A stretch of DNA of 64,000 bases, taken from assembly GCA_964016885.1 (NCBI GenBank), contig OZ024754.1, positions 46,128,001-46,192,000 on the forward strand. The letters run 5' to 3'. Positions 15,174 to 31,437 of this stretch are shown here, piece by piece; within the stretch, counting starts at the first letter, position 1, and each line of letters begins with the position of its first letter. The stretch is from Eledone cirrhosa. Its lineage: Eukaryota. Below the pieces are notes generated by a model, which was given only the letters and a program-made list of their open reading frames with translations, ran no database searches and had not been told where the DNA came from. Made by a program: the position numbers and the translations under genes.

Positions 15174-15178
<5 letters not shown>
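14475..15178 (-). mobile_element. 5'-truncated RTE-clade LINE, family A, with (GAT)n tail
   Basis: RRLRWYGHV.RM..GRPRKTW C-terminal RTE motifs; flanked by (TA)n on both sides. Confidence 0.9.
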
Positions 15179-15214
<36 letters not shown>

Positions 15215-15897
15215 TGTGTGTGTGTGTGTATATATATAATATTAGAATATGTGTTTGAAATAGCGTATCTTAATATTCAAACATTAACTGAAAAGTGCAC
15301 TCAATAGAATTTTGAAATATATTTTTTAAGTAGATAGGTGGCAGTGACTACCATATTTCAGATGATGGGACCAAGCTGAAACTTTGAAGTCACAGCCAGT
15401 TTTCTACTTAGAATACACACACACACACAACCGATGGGAGCATGTGAAAAGTACGTAAAAAGGATGAAACAATTCATCATGAAAAATAGAAGAGTTGCTA
15501 CCCTTAGCAACACTTAACAAAATTATCTCCCTTAGATTTATCGGAACGATTTGAAAACGACAAACTTAAGCAGACTCCGTAGAAATATCCAGAGTTATAT
15601 ATATATATATCCAAAACTAGAGGACACACAGAACATACGTTAGACGCTAGCCGAATCAACTGACTCCATATTGCTCATAGATATGTTTTGGGATGCCCTT
15701 CCTAACACCACCGACATTACAGCGTGTACTGAGAGCTTCTCTCGTTGCACCTCCACTACCACTTTACAAGGCAGACTGGGTGCTTTTTGTCTAGGCACCA
15801 CTACTACCACTTTACAGGGTGGACTGTGTGCTTTTTGTTGTGGTATCTGCACTACCACTTTACAGAGTGCACTACACATACACGTGCGCGCGTGTGC

Positions 15898-15947
<50 letters not shown>

Positions 15948-16419
15948 CTCATCGGCCAGCTCATGATTTAAGAATATTGTTGTCTACCTTGGCAAATAGA
16001 ATCAGAGGAGTTACTTCCCCTATAGGGAACAGTTTCAGCTTGCAAAGAGAATGTGGGGTGAGCCAGATCACCTATATAAAGCATAGTGTCCTATCAGATG
16101 GACCTGGGAGAGGGGAATACATCTTGATAACATGTATTTCCACACTTTACCAAATTAGTTTTAACGTGACATCAGTACTAGCGACGTCGTCATGTTTTTG
16201 ACACAGCTGAAGAGTCCTCCTAATACCTTTGGCAAGTTTTCTAGGGCTGGATGCCTGTCCTATTAGTATATATGTTGGACTGACATCACAAGTCTGTTAG
16301 AAATATAGATTAGATCATTGTTTTGCGCTAACCAAGGAGCATTGACCTCTTTTATTATCATAGTTTTAAAATGAAATACATAGCCTGTGTTTCAATTAAT
16401 TCTTCCTCACCAACTTCAT

Positions 16420-17720
16420 CCTTAGAGGGTCCTGGGAGCAGAGTCATCAGAGATGCTTTCCAGGGGGGTCCTATCAGAAGCAACTATCTCTGATTGATCG
16501 AGCAGGATCCCAAAGTGAGACCAGCCAAGCTGATGGATGTTATCCAACCAATTTGTTTGTGGTCTACCTCTGGGTCTCCTGTTAGTTGACTTTGCCCATA
16601 AAATCTGTCCAGCAATTCTCTCCTTCGACATTCTAAAAATGAAAGGCAGGCTGTATGATGCCTGCATACGAACAGCAATGTTACATGGCAGTAAGACTTG
16701 GGAATTGTGTGCAGAAGATATACGCAGACTGCCCATGCAAGCGTGGAAGATGGACGTTAAACGATGATGATGATGATGGAGAGGAACGAAGCTTGCATGC
16801 TCCGTTGGATGTGTAATAGTAATATACGTGAACTAAGGGAGAAATTAGGAATAAGAGGGATCAGATGTTTACTCGAGAGAAGACTACGTTGGTATGGTCA
16901 CGTGACGCGCATGAAAGACGACAGCTGTATAAAAAAGTGCAGGGCGATAAAAGTAGACGGTAGCCACGGAGTAGGCAGACCCAGAAAAACCTAGGACGAC
17001 TTGATAAATTCCGACCTCACACACTTACACCTCTCCAAGACAATGTCACTGGACCGAGACCTTTGGCGGTACTCAGTAATACAGAAGACCCGCCTTGCCT
17101 AAGTACAAAGCGAAACCTACAGTCAGTAGGCACCTCTTAACAAAAATACATCCCTGTCCCACTACACCCACCCCATCCACACCACCCCTTTCAATGTAAA
17201 GTTATGTTGGTACCACACCATCCAGTCCGAAATAAATGAGGTCGTGTAAGTGTCACAACAAAAAAACACAGTCCACGCTGTAATGTGGCCATATAGGTAA
17301 CACGGTTAAAACCTCCCAGTCCACACTGTAAACGTGGTTGGTGTTAGGAAGGGCATCCAGCTGTAGAAAACCCGCTAGACAGTCCTATGCGAGCAAGACA
17401 ACCAATCTTGCCTCAAGTGGGAAAATTCCCGTCCAAACCCATGCAAGCGTGGAAGATAGACGTTAAACGATGATGATGATGATTCTGACCATGTGCTCAT
17501 AGTATCAGAGCTGTGATCTCTCAATTCGAAGTCGCAACTCTATCTGGAGCAACTTACTGATCTCCGAGCTATGCACTCTATTGAGTAACGTTACTTCAAA
17601 GACCCTTCAGAGAAACCCCATTTCGGCCTCTTGTATTCGTAATTGTATTCTTTCAGTAACTGCTGAAGATTCATGACATGAATGCCGGAATGAAGATAGC
17701 CTATGAACATAATCAAGACT
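16420..17720 (-). mobile_element. Older RTE-like LINE fragment, family B, split by the family A insertion
   Basis: RMSKERIA..RRPRGRPQTNW. The two halves rejoin as GACATTCTGACC, matching the uninterrupted copy near 32680. Confidence 0.75.
16635..17481 (+). mobile_element. RTE-clade LINE, family A, inverted relative to 14475-15178
   Basis: KGRLYDACIRTAMLHGS.TW...ERNEACMLRWMC...RRLRWYGHV; (GAT)n tail; ATTCT duplicated at 16630-34 and 17482-86. Confidence 0.9.
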
Positions 17721-17761
17721 TTTGAAAAATTTAGTAAACTAACTTTTTCATTGGAAGATTA

Positions 17762-17872
17762 TAATTGTTTCTACTTTAGGCACAAGGCCAGCAATTACCC
17801 AGTGCATTACTGGTACTTTATTTTATCGACCCCGTAAGGATGAAAGGCAAAGTCAACCTCGGCGGGATTTTA
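17762..17872 (-). mobile_element. tRNA-derived SINE, family A, partial
   Basis: Shared core TTTTATCGACCCCGTAAGGATGAAAGGCAAAG. Confidence 0.8.
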
Positions 17873-18458
17873 CTTTCCAAAAATAGCATTTAAAAGTGGA
17901 GGAGGAGAAATGGGACGAGGGAAAACTCTACACATGGCTGGGTGGTATATGTCAGCTGTACCCCCGGTGGAGAGCAGCCAGTGATACCTGCTACATTGAC
18001 CATTCCATCTTTCAGCAAATCAAACTCTACATAATGGAAAATTTTAATATAAATATAAGAAGTTATATATTATAGAACAAGGAGCAGATGTTTTTGTTGT
18101 ATTATCAACACGACCTCACTACAGGGTGGACCGAGTGCTTTTTGTTGTGTCACAAACAGGACCATTTTACAGGGTGGACTGCGTGCTTTTTGTTGTGTCA
18201 AATGCACAAGTAGATTTAGTTAAGAGAAATAGATAGTCAAATATATAAATAGACGGATATATAGATACTTACACCAGGCAGCTGAGATCGTTTAAGCGAT
18301 CAATGAAGTCAAATAATTGATTAATATCATAAGTCACTGTGGGACAGTCAGGATTTTTACGTTTCAAGTGTTCCTCATAAATTTTACAAACACCTTTCAA
18401 AAGATAAAAATACATTCAGTTTGGGGGGGGTTTTGACGGGGTTTGTTTTGTTTTTTAA

Positions 18459-18663
18459 CCCTTCAGCATTTAAACCAACCATATCCGGCCAAAATTCCAT
18501 CACCTCATTCTGTTCAAACTGGCCGCTCATATTTGTGTTAAAGTACTGTTCTCAAAATAAATATCATCAAAATCTCAGATTCGATATTATGAGATAATTA
18601 TGTGACAAAGTGTTTACTGTGAAAATATAATATTAAATATAGAGTAATGTAAATGCTAAAGGG
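18459..18663. mobile_element. piggyBac-type MITE
   Basis: TTAA|CCCTTCAGCATTTA...TAAATGCTAAAGGG|TTAA. Confidence 0.88.
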
Positions 18664-19269
18664 TTAATAAAATGAAATTGAAAATATTTATAAATAAAAT
18701 TTCAAAATATTTTTATAATCAACTAACCTTCTAGACATTCAGCAAGACTATCGTAATCGGAATAGGTTCGAGTGTCAGGGTTTGACCGAACTTGTACAAG
18801 CAAGATGGTATGTGACTATGAAGGGGAAGAGAAAGAAAGAAAAACACTATGGTTTCAATTAAATTTAGATAAATATGTGGAAGAGACAATGGTCAAATCA
18901 GCACCAAAATTTGTCTTTGTGGACATACGACTGGAATTAAACTTGTGTTTCATTTTGTGTTATAATACGGTGGAACAATAGCATTGTTGGTTACAGGTTT
19001 TCAATGATTTTACAGTGGTGAGAGTGACAAGGGAATGACATTAACTCAGTGCAGAACAAAATATCACAGAAAAGCGCACACGTTAACATTTTCTCATCAA
19101 TATTTACATCTTTCACCGATAAATATGGACAAAAGATACACACATATATGACAGGCGTCCACAGTTTCTTAAAATGATTAGCTGTAAGGAGGCATTGTTT
19201 ATGCAAGAAATAAATATATGGTACCCCTAACTTCAAACAGGAAATGTTTATGTATTGATGTTTCCCTGA

Positions 19270-19760
19270 GGCCTGACCTCCAGATCTGCAAGCCATACAG
19301 AAGTCAGTGGATCCACTGTGGACTCTCTTGCCACTTCACACACTATCAGGCGACTACAGCACTAGCTGCCTCCCATGCCATACTACTTTCAACGAAATCA
19401 TAAAGCATGGCTTGGATGTTGCAGGCACCTTTCCCAGCTCAAGCCAGCAGTGCTGGACTAAGGGTACATCTTCCCCTTCTACAGTGGTAAGCCCCTCATC
19501 TGGAATGCAACATGCAATAATACCTAGTCCAGCAGCAGGCTAGTGCATTCATCAACAAACCCAGGCATCACTGCCCAACAAACCGAAGATTACAAGCTGT
19601 CGAAATCTCGGCCACTCTGATAAGTTTGTCATTGAACCTATAGCAGTGGAGACTTCCGGCATTCTTGGTCCCCATATCATCTTCTCACTCACTTTATTGC
19701 AACGCATTTTCCTCACCATCTTCAGCGGCAACGCCTCTATTCTGTCCTCTGCTGAGACCA
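19270..19760 (+). mobile_element. CRE-like non-LTR retrotransposon 3' remnant (restriction-like endonuclease region)
   Basis: Decayed peptides HCGLSC..H..FNEIIK, SGKPLIWNATC, PIAVETSGILGP and LQRIFLTIFSGNASIL resemble the CCHC plus RLE C-terminus of CRE-type elements. Confidence 0.65.
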
Positions 19761-21189
19761 CAAGACAGCCAGCGTCTGGGGAACTGCAAACTAAAGAGTG
19801 CTTTCCCACGCCATCCGGGACCATATAATTGGCGTAACGGTGTCTGAGCACATTTTAGGGATTTAAAGCAACTGTGGTGAAATATGAAAATAGAGAAATG
19901 CCTTTTGACTTGCCATGAATATATTTTATAAGAACCTACTAAATTTGCTAACTGTAAGCAACTACCAAGACGATATATGTAAAAGAAAATATTTAAAATT
20001 AAATTATATTTGATAAAAATTTAGAAAAATACACAAGAAAATTAGTGTAAAAGATTTAAGGCATTCGTTTTCATTTTAAAATTGTGGAAGAGCTTATTTA
20101 CATTGCCTGATGTTAAGACCTTATTTACATTTTATTTTACAACATATGAGTCACATTCACACATTTTACGTGCTAGAAATAATAGTTAAATCTCCCTCAA
20201 TTCACACACTATCGTTAACACAAAGGAATGATGTTATTGTATGCCATATAAAGGTTGGGATGAGCATGACTAAAACGCTTTTGACCAAGAAATATAAAAA
20301 ATGTTTATCACATCAACACACCAACTGCAACAACGCAATTGTACGAGTGCATTTGTGTTTAGACAAGTCGTGTGTATATAGGGGAGTGGGCGTGTATATA
20401 TTATATATACACGACCTCTCTGTAAACACAAATACGCTCATTATATATATATATAGAGAGATAGATAGATGGGTGGATGCATATATTAGAATGAATGTTT
20501 AAAGTACTGCACTTAAAACATTATGAATAAGTACTCAATACTTGTAGGCATAGTGTAAATTTAATTTTTTGAAGAGAAAAGTGGTAGTGACTTCCGAAGT
20601 TCCAGATTAGTTGCTTCAGCATTCAATACATATATGCGTGAATGTGTGTGGGTGCGTAAATCGTAAAAGAAATTGTGTATGCTTACATTGATTCTTAGAT
20701 TTGGATTAAAATAGTGATAATTATCATTGACACGAGGTACAGCCATCTTCCACCAAGACAGCTGGTTCTTGTTGGTTTATTCAGCTGAATAATTAAGTTA
20801 TGTTATATATTATCAGCATAAAGACACAATAGAAATTATTGCTATGGTTATAATATAGTTTGTACTACCTGTAAGCTAGGAGAGACAAGACATCTTTAAA
20901 CTGCTGATAACATAGAGATTATAAGCAGACATTGGAGATGGGGGGAAAAAATAACAACAGTGGAAAACGAGAACGTGGAAATCTCGAAGAATATCACGTT
21001 CATTCGAGATCGGAAAAAAAGAGAAAGCAATTTCAAATTTTTTTTTTTTTAATGTGCATGCATATATATATATATATATATATATGGCGATGAATTAGTT
21101 TTGCGAGGTTTTTGATATGAAATAGTGTGTCGAAACAAATATTGTTATACTGGCAGTATTACACAAATATGACCCTCCCCAAGTATAAC

Positions 21190-23566
<2,377 letters not shown>

Positions 23567-25235
23567 ATCTGTCCCCCGGTATTCGCGAGGGTTGCGTTCC
23601 AAGAGCACCCGCGAAGAGTGAAAAACCGTCAATATGGACGTGGTCAATAAAAATGCCTATAAACATCATATAAATATAATATAAAAAAGAGGGTGCGTCT
23701 TATGTGAAGGGGCGTCCAATAACCCGGCAAATTCGGTATATTGTTATTAATAATTTAGCATTAGGACAGTGGATTGACAGTCTCTGTAGAGCGTCAGATA
23801 CAACGAAGCACCCTCACAAGCATCCCTTGATACTTTGACAAGGCGAGCCGCCAGCGATGACAAGAACTTTATTTATTTAGTCAAACGTGAAGTACAAAAA
23901 TATTTATTCACCAAATTTCAGTTAAATTATATCATCTTTACAATAAATAAAATGGAGCAGAGTCTTCAGGCACGCCTTCCAGCGGGGTTCTATTAGAAGC
24001 AACCGTCTCCACCCACAAGTGAGACCAATTACAGGACAGATGAGCAAAACCAACCAGCAGGAGAACCAAGGTTAGACCATGATCAAAATAGTTGGATAAA
24101 CAAACATAACCTCGATCCAAAGATCTCTAAATTTTGTTCAGGAAAGGAGATAGAGTTACCTCCCCTGATAATTTCCTACTTGATCAGTTCCAGTTTACTA
24201 TTGATATCTCGGGGTTCGATTAAAATATCATCAACCAAGGATAAGGACCTCTTCCTTCGGGTTCACCTGCACCTAATGGAGTGATGATCGCAAGGAGGAA
24301 CGATCTGACTCTAAAGTCCAAGTCGCGTTAGCCAATTAACCGGAAGTCCCTTCACTGCCGACCAGTTCAATAGTCGGTCTGCAGCAAAGTCTCTTCCGTC
24401 CACAGTTTACCTCTATAAGCTTGCATCATTGGTCTACAATAAATGTTTCTACTACCACCAACCATTTTATCTGACCTCTATCATTGCTGGAATCTGTTAG
24501 AATGTCGCAGACGGAGAGCCACGTGTTGTTGAAACTGATCGACTGTCTTTGTTGAGGTGTGTACAACTTAAAATTATTTATAACTTTTGGTCTTGTCTCT
24601 TTCAATGTTGAACGCTCTCCTGTTTGGGGAGATTTAATAATGTAGCTAACTTTCTTATTATTAAATGCGATCAGCAGCGCTAAACACACATTCGTTTCAT
24701 TTGTTAAACGAACCATCATCAAATGATACCTCTAAGTGGTCACTTGATTTGCTAAAAATAGCAGCTAAATCTCCCCAAACCACACTGTCAAATATTTATA
24801 GTTTCAAGCCGATAATATCCGTATGATAATGAGACGTGACTTTAATCGAAATGCCTTTGAACATATATATATTTAAATGTGTCTGTTGCAAGAAATATGT
24901 ATGTTTGCATTTCTGTTGCCTGTGTCCGTTTATGTATTTACGTGTAGATGTGTGTGTATGTGGGTTTGTACTTCTGTTATCTGTGTATGTATATTTACGT
25001 GTAGATGTGTGTATGTATGTAACTAAAGTGTACATTACGAATGGACGACTAAATGATTTTAACTTGTTTGGTTTGTTTTTTTTAACAATTGATGGTGGAA
25101 ATATTTCAAATTGTCTTAACTCGGGCTGCAACTCAAGGTGTTTGACACTCTTACCGGCTATGTAGCCTCTTCCAGTTTTAATGTTATTCTTAACCTGCGC
25201 CAAAAGGAAATCTTCCAGCAGGTGTTGTAGCTGTC

Positions 25236-25470
25236 TAGCTGGAGTGCCGCCACTAGCTGTTGGGCTGGTGTGCCACTACTGGTTGTTGAGCTGGAGTGCC
25301 GCCACTAGCTGTTGAGCTGGTGTGCCGCCACTGGCTATTGGGCTGGTGTGCCGCCACTAGCTATTGGGCTGGTGTGCCGCCACTAGCTATTGGGCTGGTG
25401 TGCCGCCACTAGCTATTGGGCTGGTATGCCGCCACTAGCTATTGGGCTGGTGTGCCGCCACTGGCTGTTG
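25236..25470. repeat. 26-bp GC-rich minisatellite, about 9 copies
   Basis: Unit GCTATTGGGCTGGTGTGCCGCCACTA. Confidence 0.93.
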
Positions 25471-25721
25471 ACGGCTCTATAATACTTTATTTACAATTAA
25501 GTGCCCAACTTGATCCTTGACTCTGTCTTTCAGTCCAGTACTGCACACTTTAACAATTTATTCATTTATTTATTTTGCAATAAATTTTACAATTTAAATT
25601 CAAACCAATTTAAGTTCGTTAAAATTGTTTTTCTCGGTTGTCTCCCTTTATGGAACCCATCTAAACTATAATAAAGGGAGGAGCGTCTATTTAATTACCT
25701 TCTCACTTTCTTACTCCTTAT

Positions 25722-26056
25722 TCAGGATGGAGAGAGAGGTGCTGTACCCCAGCAAGTTTTATGAAAGGTGGGTGAAAGTGGCGAGAATGGCCCGAGTGAA
25801 TGGGCCTTCTCTCTATATCAGCCTGTAGGTTGATGAAAAGGAGGAGGAGAGGAAAGAGTACAAACTCTTCATACTCCTGGAGATGAGGGTTGCACATTTT
25901 TTCGGGGGTATGTGTTACCCATATAAACTGTCTCCCCCTATTGGGGAAAATCGACTAATTTTTTTAATTGCATTTGTGATAACATTTTACACGTTTTTAT
26001 TTTATGTAAACTTCCCCCTTCTTTTGTGCCCCTGTGGCTAATAAAGAAACATCTAT
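25722..26056 (+). mobile_element. Short 3' fragment of the same Tx1/L1 family as 717-4012
   Basis: Near-identical to the reverse complement of about 715-1060 (RMEREVLYPSKFYERWVKVARMARVNG plus 3' UTR). Confidence 0.93.
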
Positions 26057-26151
26057 TTCTCCCTCTTTTTATCTTTCTAAACATTTACCTACCACTTCTA
26101 TGCTCTCTCCAAATATAATTTCCTGCATCTACCTCCTACATCCCGTTTAAA

Positions 26152-26660
26152 ATGCCTGCCTCTCTTCAACCCTCCATCCCGCAGGATGACAATCAGTGCC
26201 ATTTGTGTCTCGCACACATTAGGTGGAAGAAAGGAAGGAACTGCACCAACTGTAACAGTCTCTTCTATCTTCTTTGTGTCAAATTTACTTGGCGCCCATC
26301 AGAATGCCTACATCAGTGGCATTGCCCGCGATACTTAACCCTTCGACATCACAGGTGCTCAATGGGGACTCGAATCTGTTTGGTGGTGATCTCCTGCCTC
26401 AGGCAATCACAGAGAACCCACACAACTGAATCAAACTTCAGGTTTATGGCTGTCGCACTCGGGGTCCCTGACGGCAGAGGAGGAATTGGGGCCCCTTCCT
26501 GACTTTGTGGATCAAGGGCAATACTGCTTCCAAACTAATTGAGGGTGATGTTTTGGTTGCGGTGTGTGTGCTGGCCTCAAGCATCATGATATCCTAACCC
26601 ACACAGATGTTCTAGCGGCGCTCCATCACCAACACCCGTAAATCCCCAGCCGATATCAAG
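26152..26660 (+). mobile_element. Decayed 5' part of a CRE-like retrotransposon with a PHD-like Cys cluster
   Basis: CHLC..CTNC..YLLC..WHCPR, then decayed KLIEGDV..AV.VLASS..VLAALHHQHP resembling the pre-RT region of CRE-type ORFs (inference). Confidence 0.45.
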
Positions 26661-27742
26661 GATTGTATTCTCAACCACTTTAAGAAGTCTTGGAGTTCCA
26701 ATTATATTATTATTGTAAAATGACCTAATTCTACAGACTGGAAAAAATAGTTTACCAATAATTCCTGGTAGTTTAGAATTTAATTCTGTTTAGCTATGGA
26801 TTCAATGACCCTCTCCTTTACCACAGGATGTGGGAAGGAACAAAAGAGTCACTGACTGTGCTGTCCCAAATGAGACATCTCTTACCCAAGTACAAAGAGT
26901 AAGACCAACTGATGTATTCCCAACAATCCAGCTGGCCTCAGAATTGAGGAGTTATTGACGTGAGTCAAGGCCCACTTGATAATTAGGTTTAGTTCACTAG
27001 CATACATCTTTTAGTCTTGAAAAAAGGATGGTTACACTGGATGAATTCAATTGTTCTGGTAAAGGTTTATACCTACAGTTTATCAGTAAAGAAGATGAAT
27101 AGTAAAAACAGAGTGTCCATTATACTTTATATTATTTCTTTAATATTTCAGAATATATCATGACGAGTAAATCAGTAAAGTATGGTATAACAAGCTGCAT
27201 CAGACACTGGAATAGTTCCTTTATTTTCCCCAGAAGAAGAGATATTAATCTTGAAATATCAGGACATATGAATAAACTAAGGTAAAAAAAAACACTCCTT
27301 GTTTCTTATAATTATTTATTCGTCCAATTCACATTGTCGTGGCTTTCAAACTTCGAATTCTTTAATTTTCTTTTTATTTTCTTTTTTTTTTTTTTATCAG
27401 ATCCTCAGATGCATTTTTTAAAGACTAAAGGAAGATGTTATACAGAAAAAGGATAACGCTGTATATATAAATCTGGAATTATTATTGTGAACTGAGATTA
27501 ATGGCAAAATTTCCTTACTTCACTGTCTGGAATGTGTATAAAATGATTTAGTTTTCTCATTAAATTTAGTTTACAAAAGATTTTACAGCATCTTCCAATA
27601 CCATGCAGGCATGGAATATAGATAAATTATGGTGGTGATGATGATGAGGATCACAGTTCATGGAAATGTTGCTTCGTTTGGAATAAAGTATAAATACTGA
27701 AAGACACAAAACATGTTTATATTGGAGTGGAGAAGAAACATT

Positions 27743-28940
<1,198 letters not shown>

Positions 28941-29356
28941 TTCCTAAAAAATTTTAACCTTTTAGCATTTAAAATCCAGTACCTGAAACCCAAATAAAAT
29001 TACACATTCTAGAGCAACATAATTTGACCTACTTTTTAGTTTTTTCCATGATTCATGTATATTATATCGTTCATATCAGATATATTAATTTTAACAAGTC
29101 TAAGGTCCACTGAGAACACCTTAATGGCACCTTTTTGAGCCACTGTCAACCACATTGTTTAGCTGTAAGTCCTCCTTCATTGAACAGATCTATGATTAAA
29201 GGCATTCCAGGATCATCCCCTATTTTTCTTAGGTACAATGCACCTTGGACTGGGGTTGCCAAAGTTTGGAAATTGAAAAATACAATGGATAATGTGGGGC
29301 TGCAAAGAACTCCAGTGTTTGGATAGATGCTAAGAATGGTTTTCGGAATTCTTTAA

Positions 29357-29560
29357 CCCTTTAGCATTTAAACCATCCAAATCCGGCCAGAATTCTCTCA
29401 CCTCTTTCTGTTCAAACCGGCTGTAACTGGCTTTCATACTGATTTTAAGGTATTGTTCTCAAAATAAATAATATCAAAATCTCATAGATTTGATATGTGA
29501 GGTAAAGCCTTTACCATGAAAATATAATAGCAAATATAGAGCAATGTAAATACTAAAGAG
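29357..29560. mobile_element. piggyBac-type MITE
   Basis: TTAA flanks; same TIRs and internal sequence as the other copies. Confidence 0.87.
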
Positions 29561-29734
29561 TTAAATTTGGCTCTACCTAGATTTTGTTTGAGTTTTTAAA
29601 ATTCATTTCAGAAGATGTTTAAAAAGGGACAATGTGGCAGAAGGAGGAGAGCTCATCATTATCGTTAGATATCTATTTTCCACACTTGTCTGGACCAGGC
29701 AGGCTGTCAAGTTCTGAGACTGTTATATATATAT

Positions 29735-29952
29735 ATTAGAAAATAGAATAGCTTTCACCGTATTTTTTGACTAAAGAAATTTTAGTCTGATAATGGGGTT
29801 TAGAACCCTCAGATAAAGGGAAAAAGATGAGTATTGACGTACATGTACGTCAATACTCATCTTTTTCCCTTTATCTGAGGGTTCTAAACCCCATTATCAG
29901 ACTAAAATTTCTTTAGTCAAAAAATACGGTGAAAGCTATTCTATTTTCTAAT
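29735..29952. repeat. Perfect 218-bp palindrome (109-bp arms, no spacer)
   Basis: Centred on ..GACGTACA|TGTACGTC..; arms read as exact reverse complements. Confidence 0.95.
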
Positions 29953-29987
29953 TTCAAACCTGCTCACTGTTTCAAAACATATTTACG

Positions 29988-30020
<33 letters not shown>

Positions 30021-31258
30021 TGGTTAACTTATAAAGCATTGGGAAATTTGAAAATATATCAGTTCAGTACAGTACAGTACAGATAACTACAAATAAAAAT
30101 TGAATAAACCAAGTAAAGCTCTCCTGGAAATTGAAAACGTGAACCGAGATGCCTAGCAGTCATCTTTGTCTATTAGCAACAAGAAGGGCAGTTCATTTTA
30201 TAAACCATTCCTAAAAAGATAGGGAGGACTGTCCAGTAGTGTCAGAGACAGGACAACCTCTCTAATGTTGGTGATTTACACTATAAACCCACTCAGTACA
30301 CTGTAAAGTAGTTGGTGATAGGAAGCTTGCCAAACAAAGGGTCAAAAGCACCCTTCAATTGTGTCAAAGACATAACAACCTTCCTATTGTTGGTGATTTA
30401 GACGATAAACACGCTCAGTACACCCTGTAAACTGGTTGGTAATATGAAGGGCATTCAACCAAACATAGCGTTGGAAAAGCTCTTCAACATTGCCAAGGAC
30501 ATGACAACTTCTCTAATGTTAGAGCCATTATAAAAGACTCATGGTAGACTGCAGAACCCCACTGTAATGGAGGTCAGAGGCTCAGCTAAGAACTGGCTAG
30601 TCTGTGATAACATGTCCAACCCTTGCTAGCGGGGAAAACAGACAAACCAATAATGATGTTTACTTCAAAATTTATCCTAAACTACCAGCTTTTGAAAATA
30701 GTGCTAGTGAAATGAAGTTTTTGGTATATATAGCTGTAATTAAATTTAGGGAAGAGGAGGAAAATGAATAACAAATATGTGTGTGTTTATGTATGCAAGT
30801 ATATATGTGTGTGTCCATCTAACATTCTATCTACTTCAGCTCTATCTAGTGTCTTTCAACCATATCAGTGATATTTCTTTACAGAAATCTAATCCATTGT
30901 CTCCACAGAAGCCAGCTGAAACTTATAAATCTTATTCTTCATTTATTCATTTGTAAATAAAATCATTTAGCTCTTGTCGCAAACATTGTCTCTTGTGTTG
31001 AACACTCTGTAATGGTCACAAAATGTCTAATCCATAATGAATCTCAAATTATAGCTTGAATGATTAATATCTGGTGATTCTTTTAGAGAAGCTATTGATT
31101 AATCCCAGATTAGCAAGGCTGAGTAGACCTAGGATCAGAAGTATTTCAGCTGTGACAATTCCACTATTATTATTTCTTCTTTTTTTTTTCCTCATATTTC
31201 CAAACACGCTGTGTTTTTGGAGGGCAGTATTGGACAATGTTTTTGTGGTCTAGAGTTA

Positions 31259-31437
31259 CGAGGGTTGACTGAAAAGTTCATAGGCCTGACCAAGATACTC
31301 TCATGGAATAACTAAATGAGGTTTATTTTTCAACATAGTCTCTGGAAAGAAATAATGTAGTTATTAATAAGAAGAGTTGAAATTAATGCATGCAAGATTT
31401 CACAGCACTATCATCACTTCTTCATAGTCAGCCTATC
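31259..31437. mobile_element. mariner-like non-autonomous element, right end truncated
   Basis: TA|CGAGGGTTGACTGAAAAGTTCATAGGC.TGAC ... GTCAGCCTAT partial inverted end. Confidence 0.5.

Noticed and set aside
23570-23740. Tc1/pogo-like terminal fragments
   Set aside because: The two ends do not match each other as TIRs; too fragmentary to call.
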